A DNA stretch of 64,000 nucleotides, from positions 691,473-755,472 of the forward strand of contig CBDCQG010000001.1 of the NCBI GenBank assembly GCA_965220565.1, written 5' to 3'. The position numbers were made by a program, and so were the translations under genes. The stretch is from Dehalococcoidia bacterium (lineage in GTDB: Bacteria > Chloroflexota > Dehalococcoidia > UBA6926). The notes under the pieces are model-generated. The model had not been told where the DNA came from, searched no databases, and saw nothing but the letters and a program-made list of their open reading frames with translations. Shown here in pieces: positions 1-9,108 of this stretch (its first letter is position 1; each line of letters starts with the position of its first letter).

Positions 1-22
1 CCAACCACCGAGGCTGGATGTC

Positions 23-1735
23 GTGGCAATCATCGGCGGGGTCGCGGCGGTCATTGCGCTATTGATTGCAGGCAACCTGAGTGGCGGGATACGGGGGCTG
101 ACGGAGGCGCTGTCGTTGGAGGGGGCGACGGGATTCAGCTTCTGGTGGTGGGATTCCACGCGCATCATCGAGGACCCGGGCGTGCTTTCTCCCATCGATG
201 AGTTCCCCGCGTTCAGCTTCCTGCTGGGCGATCTCCATCCGCATGTGATGTCGCTGCCGTTTGTCCTGCTTGCCCTCACGGTGGCGCTCGCGTGGCTGTG
301 CAAACCGGACGCCCCGGACATGACATGGCCTCGACAGCGCGCCGGTGAACTCTTCCTGACTGCTCTGATTATTGGCGCGCTTGGGTTCATCAACACGTGG
401 GACTGGTTGGCCTACATGTTGCTGCTGGTGGTTGCCATCATGGCGCGGCGGTTCCATGACGAGGGTTTTGGGCAGGCCCTGTTCAGCAAGCAGACGACTC
501 TTGACATCGTCGTACCGGCCGCGGCGATCGCCATCCTTTCGTTGGCTCTTTTCTCCCCGTTCTACCTGACCGTCAGCAGCGGCGTGCAGGGCGTTTTGCC
601 CGTCCATGCTTCGGGAACGGACCTCAGCCACTACGCGCGTATCTGGGGCCCGATGGCGCTGGCCACGCTCCCGCCGGCGGCGTTCGCCGTTATTCGTTTG
701 AGGCAAAAGGACGTTTCGAACTTATATTTGGGCGGCATCACGCTCCTGGCCGCCCTCCCGCTCATCCTCTGGACCCTCGTGGTGATCGGATGGAGCCTCC
801 TGCCTCATGACGCCCCCATCCCGGTCGACCCCCCGACAGTGGCCGATGTCGGCATTCGCTGGATCGTGGCCGTTCCCGCGATGGCGTTTGCCGCAATCGG
901 ATTCCTGGCCGTGCTGCCAACCGGACGGGAAGACGGCCCGCTGCCGCAGGGCGTCCAGTTCGCGTGCCTGCTGGTTGCCACGGCGGCGATGGGCATCGTC
1001 ATCACGGAGGCCTTCTACGTCTGGGACTCATTCGGCGTTCGTATGAACACCGTCTTCAAGGTGCATTACCAGGTGTGGACGCTGCTGGCAGTCGCGACGG
1101 GCATTGGCGCGGCGTGGGTTATTGCGCAGCGTCCGGCTCGCTTCTCTCCTGTGCAGGGTGGCCTCATTGTGACGGGGGCGGGTGGACTGCTCTTGCTGCT
1201 TGTCGGCGCCGCCTACGGCCCTCTTGGGGCTGTGGAGCGTGTCGAAGGCTCGCCGTCAACCAGCATTGCGTTGGACGGACTCACGACGTACCGGGAGCGA
1301 TTCCCCGATGACGCGGCGGCCATTGACTGGTTGCTGAACAATACAGAGCGTGGCGACCACGTTCTCGAAGCGTATGGAGACGACTATTCGGATTACGGCC
1401 GTGTTTCTGCGATTACGGGATTGCCGACGGCCATCGGCTGGCTTGGGCATGAGGATCAGTGGCGCGGTGACAGGGAACTGATTGGGCCGCGAATCGAATA
1501 CACCGAGGAGATCTATCGCGGACAAACCGTCGCCGAGGACGAAGAACTGACTGAGGATGAACTGAAACTCAGGCTGGAGTTCTACAGCATCGACTATATC
1601 TTCGTCGGCTCGCTGGAACGGAACGACTTTGGCGAGGACACGGCGGGCAGGCTGCTGGCCTCCATGCCAAACCGCCTTGAGGTGGCTTTTGAGTCGGGGA
1701 ATACAACAATCCTGCGGTACGTGCCCATCATCTGA
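23..1735 (+). CDS. DUF2298 (chlor_Arch_YYY) family polytopic membrane protein, probably 5'-partial (the frame is open to the window edge; GTG at 23 was called as the start)
   Basis: The 570-aa ORF has many TM segments and a C-terminal soluble region with Y/D-rich motifs (EAYGDDYSDYGRV, GWLGHEDQWRG) typical of DUF2298. There is no in-frame stop upstream back to position 2. Confidence 0.6.
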   Translation: MAIIGGVAAVIALLIAGNLSGGIRGLTEALSLEGATGFSFWWWDSTRIIEDPGVLSPIDEFPAFSFLLGDLHPHVMSLPFVLLALTVALAWLCKPDAPDMTWPRQRAGELFLTALIIGALGFINTWDWLAYMLLLVVAIMARRFHDEGFGQALFSKQTTLDIVVPAAAIAILSLALFSPFYLTVSSGVQGVLPVHASGTDLSHYARIWGPMALATLPPAAFAVIRLRQKDVSNLYLGGITLLAALPLILWTLVVIGWSLLPHDAPIPVDPPTVADVGIRWIVAVPAMAFAAIGFLAVLPTGREDGPLPQGVQFACLLVATAAMGIVITEAFYVWDSFGVRMNTVFKVHYQVWTLLAVATGIGAAWVIAQRPARFSPVQGGLIVTGAGGLLLLLVGAAYGPLGAVERVEGSPSTSIALDGLTTYRERFPDDAAAIDWLLNNTERGDHVLEAYGDDYSDYGRVSAITGLPTAIGWLGHEDQWRGDRELIGPRIEYTEEIYRGQTVAEDEELTEDELKLRLEFYSIDYIFVGSLERNDFGEDTAGRLLASMPNRLEVAFESGNTTILRYVPII

Positions 1736-1758
1736 TACCACTCTCGGTATAGTTAGAT

Positions 1759-4074
1759 TTGACCATGAATAAATCTCAGCGCAGGCGCAACCGTCGCCGT
1801 CGTTCGGCAACCAGCGGCAGCCCGGTAATCGATGCCGGACAGAATACTCAAACAACCGACGAAACGGAAGTTGCCGTATCCACGTCCGCCGACACTCTCG
1901 CCGTGGCGGAGGAGCACAGAACGCTGATACCACGCATAGCGTGGCAACAGACGTTTGACGACGCCAAGGCATGGGCGCGGCGACCTGAAGCCGGCGTTCT
2001 CGTAGCCATCGTGGTTCTTGCCGCCGTCCTGCGCTTCTGGGACCTTGGCACACGGGCCGTTCACCATGATGAGAGCCTGCACGGCTACTACTCCTGGTTC
2101 ATGGCGGAGGGCGGCGGATTCATTCACAACCCGCTCCTGCATGGCACCGTTCAATTCATCGCCACGAGCTTTGTGTTCGAGCTTTTCGGCGCATCGGACG
2201 CAACGCTCCGTCTGCTGCCCGCTCTACTGGGCACAATCGTCGTTGCGCTCCCGTATCTCCTCTTCCGTCACCGGATGGGCACGCTTGGCGCTCTCGCAGC
2301 GTCGGCGCTGCTGGCAATCTCGCCGGGCATCCTGTACTTCAGCCGGTTCGCCCGCAATGACATCTACATGATCCTCATCACGCTCGTCCTCTTCTGGACC
2401 ATGTGGGCATACATGGACTCCCGGAAACTCCGATACCTCGTCATCGCGTCGGCAACATTGGCGATCGGTTTTGCCACCAAGGAGATCATGTATCTTCTCG
2501 TGCTCGTGCCGCTCACATTCCTCTTTATTGCCCACGTGGGCGATGCGAAGCGGCTCATTCGCACGCCGCTGCGTGAATGGCCGCCCGCCGCCGTGTTTGG
2601 CCTGATCCTGACAACCCTCGTGCTGCCGATGGGCGCGGCGGGAGTCTCGCTCTTTCAGAACATCCTCGGTATCCACCTGGCGAATCCCGATTCAGGCGTA
2701 ACCGTTGGGGAAGGCGCGCTCGCGAATCTTCCGGGCCCGGTGGGCGCGCCGATCTCACAAGAACCGGGAGTGACGACGTGGATCATTGAGAGACTCTCCG
2801 GCTTGCCGGGGATCGGATTCGACCTGGCAAACCTGGATGAGATCCGGAATCCTGCTGCGGGCACGCTGTTCGGCATCCAGGCGCTGGACGTCGCCGTGTT
2901 CGTGCTGTTGGCGCTGTTTGGTGTTGGCGCGGGGCTGGGCATCATCTGGCACAGACGGCATTGGCTGATCATCGCCGGCGTGTTCTGGCTCCTCATCGCC
3001 GTGCTCTTTACTACGCTCTTCACGAACGGCATCGGCTTTGGCAGCGGCGTGTGGCAATCGCTGGGCTATTGGGTGGCGCAGCAGGAGGTCGGGCGCGGGA
3101 GTCAGCCCTGGTACTACTACTTCATGGTTCTGCCCGTGTACGAACTCTTGCCGCTTGTGGTGGCGCTCGTCACAGGGTTCTTCATCCTCAGGCGACGGCC
3201 TGCATTCATGACGTTTGACGTCTTTCTCATCTACTGGTTCGTCCTTGTGCTCGCGCTCCTGCTCATAGCCGGCGAGAAGATGCCGTGGCTGTCTATTCAC
3301 CTGACACTGCCGATCATCATGATCGCGGGACGGGGTCTGGGAGAATACCTGCCGCGCGCCGTCAACCGTATCCGTGAGTTGGCACAACGGGCTGATGCGC
3401 GCCATGTTGGTCATGCGGCAGTTGTTGGGGGGCTGGCCGTGCTCCTGATCCTCACGGCTTGGTCCTCGCTCCGCGCCAGTTTTGAGAACGGCGATGTTCC
3501 CGTGGAGATGCTTGTGTACACGCAGACCTCGCCCGCGATCGAGCAGGCCGTTGATGAGATCGACCGCTACGCAGCCGTCACGGGCAATGGACAGCAGCTG
3601 CCACTCACGATCGATACTGCGCACGGATTCTCATGGCCATGGCACTGGTATCTGCGTGACTATACCAACGTTGAATACCGGTGCATGGGCGGCGAGAGCG
3701 TGTGCGGGGAGGGATCGTCTGTCGTGACTGATGAGAATCCTCCGCTCGGCCTCATCATGGCTCTCAACACGGACAGCGCCTCCAACATTCAGACCGCTGA
3801 ATGGGGAGCGGACTCGGCGAACCGCGTTCGCATCCCACTTCGCTGGTGGTTCCCGGAGAGTGTCTACCGCGGCGAACAGTACTACGAAGGGCTGGGTGTC
3901 GGGGACATTGCGCGGGGTGTGATCGACCCGGGCGCGTGGTCGACCATCTGGACCTACTGGACGCTGCGGGAGCCGCCGCGACGGCTTGGCAGGTCTGACA
4001 TCTACGTCTATTTCTCGTCCGACTACACACCGGAGTTGAGCACGCCGCCTGATCCGGTCTACGGGCCCGTCTAG
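1759..4074 (+). CDS. TIGR03663/GT39-like (ArnT/PMT-type) membrane glycosyltransferase family protein
   Basis: The 771-aa polytopic membrane ORF has an HHDE..H.YYSW motif near the first loop and the FSRFARND motif typical of PMT_2/TIGR03663 proteins. It has an Arg-rich N-terminus. It is co-located with the DUF2298 gene, as is conserved in Chloroflexi and Archaea. Confidence 0.6.
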   Translation: MTMNKSQRRRNRRRRSATSGSPVIDAGQNTQTTDETEVAVSTSADTLAVAEEHRTLIPRIAWQQTFDDAKAWARRPEAGVLVAIVVLAAVLRFWDLGTRAVHHDESLHGYYSWFMAEGGGFIHNPLLHGTVQFIATSFVFELFGASDATLRLLPALLGTIVVALPYLLFRHRMGTLGALAASALLAISPGILYFSRFARNDIYMILITLVLFWTMWAYMDSRKLRYLVIASATLAIGFATKEIMYLLVLVPLTFLFIAHVGDAKRLIRTPLREWPPAAVFGLILTTLVLPMGAAGVSLFQNILGIHLANPDSGVTVGEGALANLPGPVGAPISQEPGVTTWIIERLSGLPGIGFDLANLDEIRNPAAGTLFGIQALDVAVFVLLALFGVGAGLGIIWHRRHWLIIAGVFWLLIAVLFTTLFTNGIGFGSGVWQSLGYWVAQQEVGRGSQPWYYYFMVLPVYELLPLVVALVTGFFILRRRPAFMTFDVFLIYWFVLVLALLLIAGEKMPWLSIHLTLPIIMIAGRGLGEYLPRAVNRIRELAQRADARHVGHAAVVGGLAVLLILTAWSSLRASFENGDVPVEMLVYTQTSPAIEQAVDEIDRYAAVTGNGQQLPLTIDTAHGFSWPWHWYLRDYTNVEYRCMGGESVCGEGSSVVTDENPPLGLIMALNTDSASNIQTAEWGADSANRVRIPLRWWFPESVYRGEQYYEGLGVGDIARGVIDPGAWSTIWTYWTLREPPRRLGRSDIYVYFSSDYTPELSTPPDPVYGPV

Positions 4075-4086
4075 GTCCGCGTTCCA

Positions 4087-5118
4087 ATGCTCATCAACAG
4101 GCGCACGCTCTTCGCGCTCGCAGTAAGCGTGGCCTTTCTTGCCCTTGTCTTCTGGAGCATCGATTTCGACGAATTTTTCGATGCGTTCGCGGAGGCGAAC
4201 TACCTCTGGCTGATTCCGGCAGTGATCGTCTACTTTCTCGCATTCACCCTGCGCGCGTGGCGCTGGCAAAGCTTGTTGGCGCACCTGGGCGAGGTGACAC
4301 TGGGGCGCTCGTATTTCGTGGCGACCATCGGCTATGCGGCAAACAACGTCCTGCCGCTCCGGTTGGGCGAATTCGTCAGGGCGTATCTGCTGCGCCGCAA
4401 CCCCGGGCTGGACATGACCGCCGGCCTGGCGACGATCGCCGTGGAACGCATCCTTGACGGCTTGACCCTCCTCCTGTGGCTCGGAATCGGCCTGCTGTTC
4501 TTCGCCTCCACGTGGACGCTCTCACCGCTGCTGACGCTTGCCGCGCAGGCGGCTGCAGTGGTGTTCATCAGCGCCGGTGTGGCCGTCATGCTCGCTGTGC
4601 TGTTCCCGGACGCTGCCCTGCGTGTGAGCCATGCCGTCACACGGCCGCTCCCTGATCGTTATGCCGCGCGCCTGATGGGCATTGCAGAGTCGTTGCTCCA
4701 CGGTTTCGCCGCTCTCAAGGACGCGCGCAAGATACCGTTCTGGTTCGTGGTCTCCAACGCCGTGTGGGCGGGCGAGGCCCTGGTCTATATCCTCGTGGCC
4801 GTGGCAATGGACGTGGACACGCCAATCATCGTGTTGTGTGTCGCGGTCGCCGCCTCCAACCTCGCCACCGCCGTACCGTCGTCATCAGGCGGCATCGGGC
4901 CGTTCGAGCTTCTGGCGAAAGAGACACTCGTCCGCGCCGGCGTGGGGGCAGGGCTGGCCACGGCATATGCGGTCGTCATCCACGCGACACTGTGGGTTCC
5001 CGTTACGATAGCCGGAGCGATCCTGCTCATCCTTGAGGGAGTGCCGCTGCGCGAGTTGCTGCGCCCCACAAGCGGGATGAACGGATCAGACATCGGGCAG
5101 GCAAAGGCAACTGAATGA
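4087..5118 (+). CDS. UPF0104 / flippase-like (lysylphosphatidylglycerol synthase TM region, TIGR00374) membrane protein
   Basis: The 343-aa ORF has about 8 TM segments, including a conserved RAWRWQ..L motif. Its stop overlaps the next start (ATGA at 5115-5118). Confidence 0.6.
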   Translation: MLINRRTLFALAVSVAFLALVFWSIDFDEFFDAFAEANYLWLIPAVIVYFLAFTLRAWRWQSLLAHLGEVTLGRSYFVATIGYAANNVLPLRLGEFVRAYLLRRNPGLDMTAGLATIAVERILDGLTLLLWLGIGLLFFASTWTLSPLLTLAAQAAAVVFISAGVAVMLAVLFPDAALRVSHAVTRPLPDRYAARLMGIAESLLHGFAALKDARKIPFWFVVSNAVWAGEALVYILVAVAMDVDTPIIVLCVAVAASNLATAVPSSSGGIGPFELLAKETLVRAGVGAGLATAYAVVIHATLWVPVTIAGAILLILEGVPLRELLRPTSGMNGSDIGQAKATE

Positions 5119-6431
5119 AGGTCGGAATCATTGGCGGCGGGGTAGGCGGCCTTGCGGCGGGCTATGAGTTCGCCAAGGCCGGTCACACCGTCGAACTCTT
5201 TGAGCGAGCGCCGTTCCTGGGCGGGCTGGCGTCCACGTTCGACGTTGGCGGCGGGCGGCTGGAGCGTTTCTACCACCACCTGTTCCTGTCCGATGTCACG
5301 ATCATCGACCTGCTGGACGAACTCGGCCTGAAGGACCGCCTTATCTGGGAAGACTCGAAAGTCGGCTATTTCACACACGGACGCATCTTCCCGTTCGCCA
5401 CGGCAACCGATCTCCTGCGATTCAGCCCCGTGAGTTTCTTCGACCGTATCCGCATGGGCCTGGTGACCTTGTACATTCAGCGCATCAAGAACTGGAAAAG
5501 GCTGGAGGACACCACGGCTGCGGCGTTCATGCGCAAATGGGCCGGGCGGCGCAACTACGAGGAGATATGGGAACCCTTGTTGCGCGGCAAATTCGGGCGC
5601 TATGCCGAGCAGATCGCCATGCCCTGGATGTGGAGCAAGTTCGCAACGCGCGTCGCCTCCCGCAAGGGGCTTCTTGGACGCGAGCAACTCGGCTATATCG
5701 AGGGCAGTTGGCAAGTGCTGGTCGACGCACTGGAACAGCGCATCAAGGAGATGGGCGGAGAGGTGCGGATGGGTGTCGGCGTGTCGCGCATCGAAACGAC
5801 GGACAACCGGGTGACAGGGCTGACGATTGTGGATGCGGATGGCACAGAAGAAAAGCGCGACTATGATGCCGTCCTCGCCACCGTCCCGAGTTTCCTCCTG
5901 CCGCGCCTTGTGGACTTGCCCGAGGACTATCTCAGCAAGGTGAGCACCATCGAGTACGAGGGCGCGATCGCCGTGATCTGGGTGATGAATCGCAGCCTCT
6001 CGCCCATCTACTGGCTCAACATCGCAGACGCGGACATCCCGTTCCTGCTCGCCCTGGAGCAGACCAACCTCGTCCCGCCGCCCGTCTATGGAGGCAAGCA
6101 CATCCTCTACACGGCGGACTACGTGACGTCCGACGATCCCCGCTGGTCGCTCTCGGATGAGGAGCTCATCGATAGCTACGTCGAGCACCTGCGGAAGATC
6201 AACCCGGAGTTCGACCTGTCATGGGTGGAGCGGACATACGTCCACCGCGAGGGAGCGGCGCAGCCGATCATGACCACGCATTTCAGCGAGAAGATACCGC
6301 CCAACAAGACGCCCGTCGACGGCCTCTGGCTCGCGGCCATGAGCCAGATCTACCCGGAGGATCGGGGAACCAATTACAGCATCCGCCAGGGGCAGGACGT
6401 TGCCCGCGCCATGATGGCGGAGGGGGACTAG
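5115..6431 (+). CDS. FAD/NAD(P)-binding oxidoreductase (amine oxidase / phytoene desaturase-like family)
   Basis: N-terminal Rossmann motif KVGIIGGGVGGLAAGYEFAKAGHTVELFERAPFLGG. 438 aa. Translationally coupled to the upstream UPF0104 gene. Confidence 0.7.
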   Translation: MKVGIIGGGVGGLAAGYEFAKAGHTVELFERAPFLGGLASTFDVGGGRLERFYHHLFLSDVTIIDLLDELGLKDRLIWEDSKVGYFTHGRIFPFATATDLLRFSPVSFFDRIRMGLVTLYIQRIKNWKRLEDTTAAAFMRKWAGRRNYEEIWEPLLRGKFGRYAEQIAMPWMWSKFATRVASRKGLLGREQLGYIEGSWQVLVDALEQRIKEMGGEVRMGVGVSRIETTDNRVTGLTIVDADGTEEKRDYDAVLATVPSFLLPRLVDLPEDYLSKVSTIEYEGAIAVIWVMNRSLSPIYWLNIADADIPFLLALEQTNLVPPPVYGGKHILYTADYVTSDDPRWSLSDEELIDSYVEHLRKINPEFDLSWVERTYVHREGAAQPIMTTHFSEKIPPNKTPVDGLWLAAMSQIYPEDRGTNYSIRQGQDVARAMMAEGD

Positions 6432-6889
6432 CGCACCTTGAAGTTCGTTTCCACCTCGACACAGGAACCGCGGGGCAGGGAGCCCATGCCGATGGCGTTG
6501 CGCGCGTGACGCCCCGCCTCGCCGAGGACCTCTACCAACAGATCAGAGGCCCCGTTCGCCACGACCGAGTGCTGATCGAAATCGGGCACGGCATTCACGA
6601 ACACCGTGATCCGCGTCACTGACTCAACGGCGTCGAGGCCGCCGTCAAGCGCGTTTTCCACCGCCGAAAGCGCATTGAGCGTCGCGATGCGGGCTGCGTT
6701 CGCGGCCTCCTCCACCGTCACCTCTGCTCCAACCTTGCCCGGTGAGATAAGTTCGCCGTCCTGCGTGGGGAGCTGTCCGGCAACGTAGAGGGTGTTGTGG
6801 ACGCGATTGGCGGGGGTGTAGTTGCCGCCGGGTGTGGCGGGTGGGGGAAGAGTGATTCCAAGTTCCTTGAGCCTGTCCGCTACTGTCAT
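6428..6889 (-). CDS. RidA/YjgF (Rid) family protein
   Basis: The 153-aa ORF matches the Rid family in size and sequence pattern (YVAGQLP ... NAR. . . IGM). Its end overlaps 4 nt with the upstream gene. Confidence 0.7.
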   Translation of the reverse strand: MTVADRLKELGITLPPPATPGGNYTPANRVHNTLYVAGQLPTQDGELISPGKVGAEVTVEEAANAARIATLNALSAVENALDGGLDAVESVTRITVFVNAVPDFDQHSVVANGASDLLVEVLGEAGRHARNAIGMGSLPRGSCVEVETNFKVR

Positions 6890-8175
6890 TGTTGATTGCC
6901 TCCTATGCGAATCTGCTGAGCGCTCGGTCGTTGAGTTTCGGGCCAGATGTTGTCAAGTTCAGAATACTGCGGATAGCGTCCGGCGAGCAGTGGCATATGA
7001 TCGGATGTCAGCAGGGCGAGCGGGAGGCCGTCCAACCCACCGCGCGCGCGGCTGATGACGATGTCGTCCACGCCGAACGGCTCGCCTGCCTCTGTGCCCG
7101 TGCTGTGGATGAGGACGCCGAACCCGCCGAACCCGCTCGGCTTGGTGAGCTCAAGGATGGCCATGCGGTTGGCCAGAATATCCTGCGGCGGCAGATCAAG
7201 CTCCCTCAGCGCATCGATGAACGCCTGCGATCCGAGCTTCTTGAGGAAACGTTGCTGTGTCAGCAGTCCCTCCGTTCGCAGCCCCGCCTCTTCCCCGGCC
7301 CATGCCAGCGACGTGAAATCCACGTGCGCCGTGATGTCCTGCTTGCCCAGCCGGATATAGGGGTTGGTGGAGGACGTGTGACGGTGGTAGCAGAGCAGGG
7401 TGCCCTCGCGGCGTGAGCCGTCGTACAGCGTGGCGGCAGGGAAGCCGTAATCAATCGTGAATATGAAACCGCGCCGCAGCCGCGATGCGCTTTCGCTCAG
7501 GTACGCGGTTCCCTCAAGGTCGATCTCCGCCTTGCTGCCATTCGGCAGCGTCACGTCTACCTGCCGCAGTCGCTCCGCCAATGCGGGCGTTGACGGTTCT
7601 GCAATCGTCTCGATGAATCCCGCGTCCGTTGCGTCCACCAGCAACTCGTAGAGCGTCTCGCCCTGTTGAATCACGCGATGACGCGGCATGGCGTCGTACA
7701 ACTCATTGGAGATGATGACGCCCGTTTCAATCTCATCCGGCAGCGCATCAACGTCCCAGTTGATGTCGATCTTCGCGTCATCGTCCTGTGACGGCGTCAC
7801 GCGCCCGTTTCGCCCAAACTCAACCATGCGGTAATCAACGGCCTGACAGAAATCCGTAGCCAGATGACGTACGTAGTTGAAAAAATCTTCGGCGAGGCGG
7901 CCCTTGCCGCCGCCCTCCTCGACAATCGTGAATGTCTGCGGTTTGTCGAGCAGTTCCCAGCATCGCTCAAGCTGTAAGGCGAGCAACGCCCCAAATGCGG
8001 GGTGCGTGGCGGGCGCGGTGTAGAAATCCCCCCCCGGCCCGATGCGCTCATCGAGGCTGCTGTAGTAGCCGCCGTCCGGGTCGTAGAGGACCACGCGCAT
8101 GAAATCGGCGAAGGGGATTGGACCCCTTCGCCGTATTTCGTCTCTAAGCCGGGCCTCCAGTTCCTGTGGGGCCAT
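6886..8175 (-). CDS. Class I SAM-dependent methyltransferase, MidA/NDUFAF7 (DUF185) family
   Basis: The 429-aa ORF begins with RGPIPFADFMRVVLYDPDGGYY and has the GPGGDFYTAP motif characteristic of the MidA family. Confidence 0.7.
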   Translation of the reverse strand: MAPQELEARLRDEIRRRGPIPFADFMRVVLYDPDGGYYSSLDERIGPGGDFYTAPATHPAFGALLALQLERCWELLDKPQTFTIVEEGGGKGRLAEDFFNYVRHLATDFCQAVDYRMVEFGRNGRVTPSQDDDAKIDINWDVDALPDEIETGVIISNELYDAMPRHRVIQQGETLYELLVDATDAGFIETIAEPSTPALAERLRQVDVTLPNGSKAEIDLEGTAYLSESASRLRRGFIFTIDYGFPAATLYDGSRREGTLLCYHRHTSSTNPYIRLGKQDITAHVDFTSLAWAGEEAGLRTEGLLTQQRFLKKLGSQAFIDALRELDLPPQDILANRMAILELTKPSGFGGFGVLIHSTGTEAGEPFGVDDIVISRARGGLDGLPLALLTSDHMPLLAGRYPQYSELDNIWPETQRPSAQQIRIGGNQQ

Positions 8176-8195
8176 GGGCGTATGTGTTTCCGCGT

Positions 8196-9065
8196 CTACT
8201 GGATTGCGAACGACGCGATCATCTCGTCCACGTCCCGGGAGCGCAGTCGGGAATTCAGGCTGCTGTAGCGCTCGTCGAGAGGCTCGGAGTTGTCCGCTGC
8301 GTACAGAACGCCAAGCGGCACGCCGGGATCCTGCGCAATCCTCAACGCCTCGGTGAAGTTGGTCGGATCATGGCTCTCCGGGATGTCATAGGTGAGCGGA
8401 TCGATGCCCTTCTTGGCGTTGCCGCGGAGGATGTCGTAGTTGTCGTTGTAGGTGGTGCAGGGGGACTGCACGTGGACGATGGAGAACCCGGGGTAGTCCA
8501 TGCCCTCGCGGATCATCTGCGCCATCTCGCGCGGCTTGCTGGAGAAGGCTGATGCGACGAACGACGCGCCCAGTGACAGATAGTACTGGAACGGCTTGAC
8601 CTCGCCCTCGATCTTGCCGCCCGGCGTGGTGCTGGTCACGACGCCGAACTGCGTGGTCGGGGAGCTCTGTCCCTTTGTCAGGCCGTAGACGCCGTTGTCC
8701 ATGATCACGCAGGTCACGTTCAGATTGCGCTGGGCGGCGGGGCCGATGTGCTCCGCGCCGATGCTCAGGAAATCGCCGTCGCCGGCGACAACCATGACCT
8801 CAAGGCTCGGGTTGCCGCTCTTGATGCCGAACGCGACCGGCAGGGTGCGCCCGTGAATGCCGTGAAATCCGAACGGCTGCGGGCCGTCCGTCAGGTGAAC
8901 CAGGTTGCCCGAGCAACCGATTCCGGCAACGATCACGTTGTTCTCGAACGGGATGTCCATTTCGGTTGTGCGTGCTGCGATCGTCAACTCGATGGCGCGC
9001 TTGACGCCGAAGTCGCCGCAGCCGGGGCACCACTTGAAATCGTACTCGGGGTTCCGCTTCGTCAT
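8196..9065 (-). CDS. korB: 2-oxoacid:ferredoxin oxidoreductase beta subunit (TPP-binding)
   Basis: The 289-aa ORF has the CPGCGDFG Cys motif and the TPP-binding GDGD...N region. It lies immediately downstream of korA. Confidence 0.85.
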   Translation of the reverse strand: MTKRNPEYDFKWCPGCGDFGVKRAIELTIAARTTEMDIPFENNVIVAGIGCSGNLVHLTDGPQPFGFHGIHGRTLPVAFGIKSGNPSLEVMVVAGDGDFLSIGAEHIGPAAQRNLNVTCVIMDNGVYGLTKGQSSPTTQFGVVTSTTPGGKIEGEVKPFQYYLSLGASFVASAFSSKPREMAQMIREGMDYPGFSIVHVQSPCTTYNDNYDILRGNAKKGIDPLTYDIPESHDPTNFTEALRIAQDPGVPLGVLYAADNSEPLDERYSSLNSRLRSRDVDEMIASFAIQ

Positions 9066-9108
9066 TGTCTGCTACCTCTCTCTTTCGACTTGGTCCGTGC
9101 GCAGGGCG

